A DNA stretch of 64,000 nt from Selaginella moellendorffii (taxonomy: Eukaryota; Plantae; Lycopodiophyta): NCBI RefSeq assembly GCF_000143415.4, contig NW_003314270.1, forward strand, positions 1 to 64,000, in the 5' to 3' direction. The notes beneath the pieces were generated by a model. It was not told the DNA's origin and ran no database searches. It worked only from the letters and a program-made list of their open reading frames with translations. Positions within the stretch are counted from its first letter, which is position 1. Each line of letters begins with the position of its first letter. Shown piece by piece: positions 59,347 to 64,000 of this stretch. The position numbers were made by a program, and so were the translations under genes.

Positions 59347-60471
59347 ATGGGCAAGAAGCAGCGTCATCAGCAGCAGCAGAAGCAGCCGCAGCAGAAGCTC
59401 GCAGATTTCAAGGCAGAAGTGGAGCGGCAGAGCAAGCAAATCTCCGGCGAGCCTTGTTACGTCAGGGTTGTTTACATAGAGCAGGGTTGGAAGTTTATGC
59501 ACGTTTGTGATCGAAACCACGAAATCAGTGCTGCGTTGACGGAGGCTGCGGAGCTAGGGATTAGAAAACTGTGTGAAGAGACTGGGATAAAAAGGGATGC
59601 TTTGAGCTATGGGCCATCCATTGGCATCATGAAGTCCCCGACGCAGCTCTACAGGCTGGACGAGTGGACCCGGAATGGGTTCCTCATGGTTTATACAGCG
59701 GCCGGGAGGGAGGACGAGGGACTCCTTGGGAAGTTGCAAGCTGCTGAAAACCAGTTAAATATGCTGGAGCAAGAAGGATCAACTCGAAAATCTTCCTCAT
59801 CCGTTAACGATGAGGTGAGAAGCTTGATTGTCTTGACAAGATTAACATTCGTTTCTTCTTTCTTTGGCAGAAGAGCAAAGGCAAGAAGGTGATGGAGGAC
59901 GGCGAGAAGATCGTAGAGGGTGAGCATGAAGGAGTTTTGCAAGAGGAGGGGGGCTTAAAACAGGAGAACGAGAGCCTCAAAAAGGAAGTCTCGGAGCTTC
60001 AAAACCGGCTCGAGCTGGTTGAGAAGGAGCTTCAGGGTCTCAAGCAGAGTCATGAGCGTCTCCAGCAGGATTATCAAGATGTGTCTCGGCGGCTGAGGAG
60101 ATTCGGGAACTTCCATCGACGAATCGTCATCAAGGAAGCTCGAAAGAAAGCTGCAGAAGCAATGGATCGAGCACCGGAACACAACGAGACTTGGAGCGAG
60201 TACTTCGATGCCGTTGATCCGCCACCCGGCTTGTCAGAAGGTTTGCTTTTTGTCTTAGTTTTAGCTTCTTTTCTAATGTTTGGTGTGTGCAGGCTTACTT
60301 CGCCTTCTGAAGGAAGGAGGAAGCGCAGGCAATTGGGTAGCACACGAGGTGGACCTCGCAGATTCTGTCTGCGAAGCCATCAAGGATCGGAGTTACTGGA
60401 TTGAAGCCTTCAAATTCGCATACAACCAAGATCCGGAGCAAATTCTCTTCGATGCTGACTGTGGTAACTAA
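59347..60471 (+). CDS. Uncharacterised coiled-coil protein, 3 exons (59347-59814, 59871-60240, 60293-60471)
   Basis: ORF pieces joined by ~55 bp GT-AG introns. Q-rich N-terminus, coiled coil, then C-terminal GLLRLLKEGGSAGNWVAHEVDLADSVCE..IEAFKFAYNQDPE. Confidence 0.7.
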
Positions 60472-60899
60472 GGTGTATTTTGTTTACACAATGTGGTACC
60501 TTCGCATCACATGAATTCAAGCATAGCTTTCCTTAGCGTGGCCAAACACATTGTTCTTGTCCCTGATCTTCCAGATCAAGCTCAACATGATCGGACTGAG
60601 TGTGGTCACGATGGTCTTCGTAGTTTTTGTCAAGGTCGTCAGACGTTTCTCGTGGTGAAGCTCTTGGCAAGCTGTTATGTTTTCTAGTCGCTCCAGCTTC
60701 ATAGTTTTTTCTATCTGCTATGTTTCGGACACTTGTGAGTTTCATTACAGTATCTGGAGGATCTCACAAGGTTGAACAACATGGGAAAATCAAGAAATGT
60801 TCTTTGGCTCTCACTAAAACTTCTGTCGTTATCCAGCAGCCAAGTGGCGATGAGGTACAGAGATCTCTATCTTTCTGTACTTCTTGTGATGATCACTTA

Positions 60900-61510
60900 A
60901 CTGGAATTGATCGATTTTTCTCGGCGATCAGGAGGAGAGGATTGATGGTCAGCGGGCTTTGGGAATCCCCAGGTTGAGCTTTTTGCTCGTCTTTCTTTCT
61001 AGTTTTCGTGCTAATCATTTTGCTGTTAGAACGACCAACGGAAGTGGTATACTGGGCCTTGGCAAGGACTACTACTAAACGGAAAGATGTTAATCAAAAC
61101 AAGGTTTCTTTTGCGATGATCACTTTGGTCAGGATCGGTTGCTCTCAGTCTTTAGCTTTCGTTTTCACCGTGTGATTGTGCCTTTGTACAACGAAGCTCT
61201 CTCGTCGATGAGAGAAACCGCGGGATCTTAGTACAAATCACGACTTGGACGACCAAACCTCGGATGATCTCCTCGAACGAGAATCGAAAGCGACTGGATA
61301 ACTTTGCCGGACGCATTGCAGGGGTGACGGTATCAAGCAAAGATGCACGCACAGTCATGGCTCCCACCAGTAGGCAAATTTCTCTTTTACTTCCGCTTTA
61401 GCGAACAATTCGGGCGAAGGAATAAGTTGGAGCTTGGTGACGATGAGAGGGCTCTGCCATTCAAGCCATCCAAGCCATCCAAGCCATCCAAGTGACGGGA
61501 CCTTTACTCG
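60900..61510 (+). pseudogene. Second, more eroded AUG2 duplicate
   Basis: TCGATTT..CTCGGCGATCAGGAG, GCCTTGGCAAGGACTAC.ACTAAAC.GAAAGATGTTA, GGACGA.CAAACCTCGGATGATCTCC and CAAGCAAAGA.GCA retained with large deletions. CAAGCCATC x3 at ~61462-61492. Confidence 0.85.
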
Positions 61511-62269
61511 AGCGACAGTGTCTTTAAGCATCCGTCGTTGCTAGCCAGATGGCCCTGCAAGCGCTCAGCTACACACTTTCGGGATTTTTTTGTGTGGCTT
61601 TGTCAGCTGATTTGTTTTCGTTTTCTCGTGGTTTGCAGGACTAAGCGGCGATTCAGTCAATCCCGCCGATCGAGAGAGAAAAGAAAAGAGCGAGCGATGG
61701 AATTGAGAGCTTGTGCCCGTGTCAGGGCGTTGGAGTGGCCTAATTCACTCCGATTGGTGTCACGCACAGATCTTTCAAGCGCGCTTTTGTTCCAAAGATA
61801 TGTTTCAATCGGTCAGCCAGACGGTGACTTGTCTTTTCAGCTCAAACTTAATGCTCCAGGACAAGGTTTACTGCTTGAAATGATCTGCTTCACATTTTCT
61901 TTTTAGTTTTCTATCATTTTTCATTTTATTATTATTATTTTTGTGATAGGTCCTTGCAGCTGGTGCTGCTGATTTTGGCTCTCTTTTTTGACATATCTTG
62001 GATTTCTTTTTTTTTTTTTTTTTCCCGCAATCTTCACTTCAAGTGGATCTTGTTTGATGGTGGGACTAATTGGCTAACGAATTTTTCTTCCTGGCGTGAA
62101 GCACTCAATCCCCCTGCGAGAAAAATTTGCTCTTTTGGATATAAAAGAGGATGAGGCAATTCATGTGCTTGGCGACATTGGCGACATAGCTTGCTTGGAG
62201 CCATGATGTGAAATAGTTGGTAAATAGTAAATGGAGAAAAAAAAAGCAAAATTTTACCATCCCGCTGGT

Positions 62270-62392
62270 GAAATCACGTGCATGGTAAATTCGGACGCAA
62301 CATGCAAATGCGATGCCAGCCACGCTGGCAGACACGCCAGCTGCCACGCCAGCCCTGTTGACGTTTTAGACACGCTAGCTGCCACGTAGGTC
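62270..62392 (+). promoter_or_regulatory. Cluster of G-box/ABRE-like and RY-like motifs upstream of LRR-RLK
   Basis: CACGTGCATG (62275), CATGCA (62301), GCCACGCTGGC and GCCACGTAGG (62380) within 320 bp of ATG 62592. Confidence 0.3.
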
Positions 62393-62591
62393 TTGTCGAG
62401 GAGGGTCTCTGTGAGAGCCAGGCGGCGTGACGCTGATAGGAGTGAGCTCGCATTGGTGTTCCAACGATAGTTCTAGCGATGATTCTCTAGAATGGAGGCG
62501 GAGCTCTCGTGAGGAGCGATTGGTTTCTCGATCGCCGCGGGGACAATGCAGGTACTCTCGATTCCAGCGCGAGCGTCCTCCTAAGATCCAG

Positions 62592-63977
62592 ATGGGTCCT
62601 TCGATTCCTGGATCCATTGGAGCAGTGGTAGCGCTGCTGCTCGTCCTAGCAGTGGAAGGATCATCGCTGCCGCCATCGCAAATCCAGAGTGTTCTTCGCC
62701 TCCAGCGGCTGCTGGGCTACCCATCCGCGCTCGCCCACATCGATTCCAACGCTACCCAGGGCCTGGATTTGTGTGGGATTCCTCCATCGCTGGTGTTTAA
62801 TCTCTCCTGCAACTCCAGCGCTGGCTCCTTCTCCTCCACCATCGTCTCCATCCAGATCTTGGGCAATGCCACGAGCCTCTCGCGGGATTTCTCCATGGAG
62901 ACGCTGGGGAATCTCCTCTCGGCGCTGCCCGAGCTCGAGATCCTGGGCCTCGTCCACCTCGGCCTCTGGGGATCCATCCCGCCCAAGCTCGACCATCTCC
63001 AATCCCTCCGGGTGCTCGATCTCAGCGAGAATTCCATCTCCGGCGCCCTGCCCGACCGCCTCCGCGCGCTCTCGCGCCTCGAGATCCTCCAGCTCAAGGA
63101 CAATCGCTTGAATGGCACGCTGCCTGGATGGATCGGCGAGCTGCGCAGCCTCCGCGAGCTCGACCTCTCCAACAATGCGATCACTGGCAAGCTGCCCAAG
63201 TCGCTCTTCTCGTCGCGGAGGAATCGCCTCGAGAGATTGGTGGTCTCGCACAACGATTTCTCGGGCAATCTCCCGGATTGGAGCTCCGACAGCCTCCTCG
63301 TCTACTTCAATGCTGGGGCGAATCACATCGGCCCCTCCTTCCCCAAGCTCGGCTATGGCGGCCTCTTACAGTCCCTCCTCCTCGGGCAAAACGATATCAC
63401 CGGCGGCATACCGCACGACGCCGCCGCGCGGCTCGGCGGTGTACGGACGATGGACCTATCGTACAACGAGCTCCACGGCATGCCGCCGGCGGCACTCTTC
63501 CGGCTGGGCCACATTGAGACGCTGGCGCTCAATGGCAACCAGTTCTTGGGGGTTTTGCCCTACAACCTCTCCCTCTCCCCCAGCTTGGCGTTGCTCGATC
63601 TCTCCTCGAATTTCTTCACGGGGCGCGTGCCGGCGAGCTTCCTGGGCAGCGGCGGATCGGTCGTGGTCAGGTTTGGAAAGAATTGCTTCGCGACGCGCGT
63701 GCAGCAGCAGTACACGCGATCGCACTGCGATGCCGCGGCGAGGAAGAGGGCGGCGGCGTCGGCGGCGGCGGCCAGCACGCCGGATTCTCACGACCTGGCG
63801 ATCATCGCTGGGATTGTGGGAGGTGGGATTGCGCTGGTTGGGGCGGTGGCGGTGTTCTTGTGTGTTCTACTTCGATGCTTGAGGCAGCAGAAGGATGACA
63901 AGCCCGTCCAGTATGCCGCTTCTTCGTGCGCGGACACGGCGTCCATTGGCGTCCCCTCGGATCTTCTCTCCAATGCA
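62592..63977 (+). CDS. LRR receptor-like kinase (LRR-VI type), exon 1: signal peptide, LRRs, TM; continues beyond window
   Basis: Hand translation MGPSIPGSIGAVVALLLVLAVEG..LRLQRLLGYPSAL..LSRDFSMETL..LPELEILGLVHLGLWGSIPPKLDHLQSLRVLDLSENSISG.., TM LAIIAGIVGGGIALVGAVAVFL. Donor GTAAG at 63978. Confidence 0.9.
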
Positions 63978-64000
63978 AGTAAGCATCCTTCTAGAACTAG

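Overview
Eukaryotic plant nuclear DNA with compact 50-70 bp introns, PLS-class PPR genes and a Tcn1-like chromovirus. By inference it is most consistent with a lycophyte such as Selaginella. Left third (1-~8 kb): a large DNA-transposon-like unit with a Sola/DUF7869-type DDD transposase (3528-6596, two in-frame nonsense codons). A spacer-less ~640 bp palindrome centred at 3355/3356 launches two divergent ORFs with the same N-terminus. About 18 dispersed copies of a 22-bp palindromic motif (ATGGCRTGDGGCCHCAYGCCAT) occur only in this unit. Next is a full-length but decayed Ty3/gypsy chromovirus (9782-15421, minus strand) with a self-priming PBS and a GGGAAAC + hairpin -1 frameshift signal. Further right: ankyrin fragments between degenerate inverted repeats, a PPR pseudogene, a possible Helitron head-to-tail junction, an intact PPR gene and an AT-rich bulb-type lectin ORF. 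These are followed by a SCL28/DLT-like GRAS gene head-to-head with a dual-specificity phosphatase, a copia remnant, and a 25S rDNA pseudogene split by a hAT-containing insert. The right end holds an ABCB transporter, SDF2, AUG2 with two decayed tandem copies interleaved with a small coiled-coil gene family, and the first exon of an LRR-VI receptor-like kinase. Exon boundaries and element ends were read by eye and are approximate where stated.
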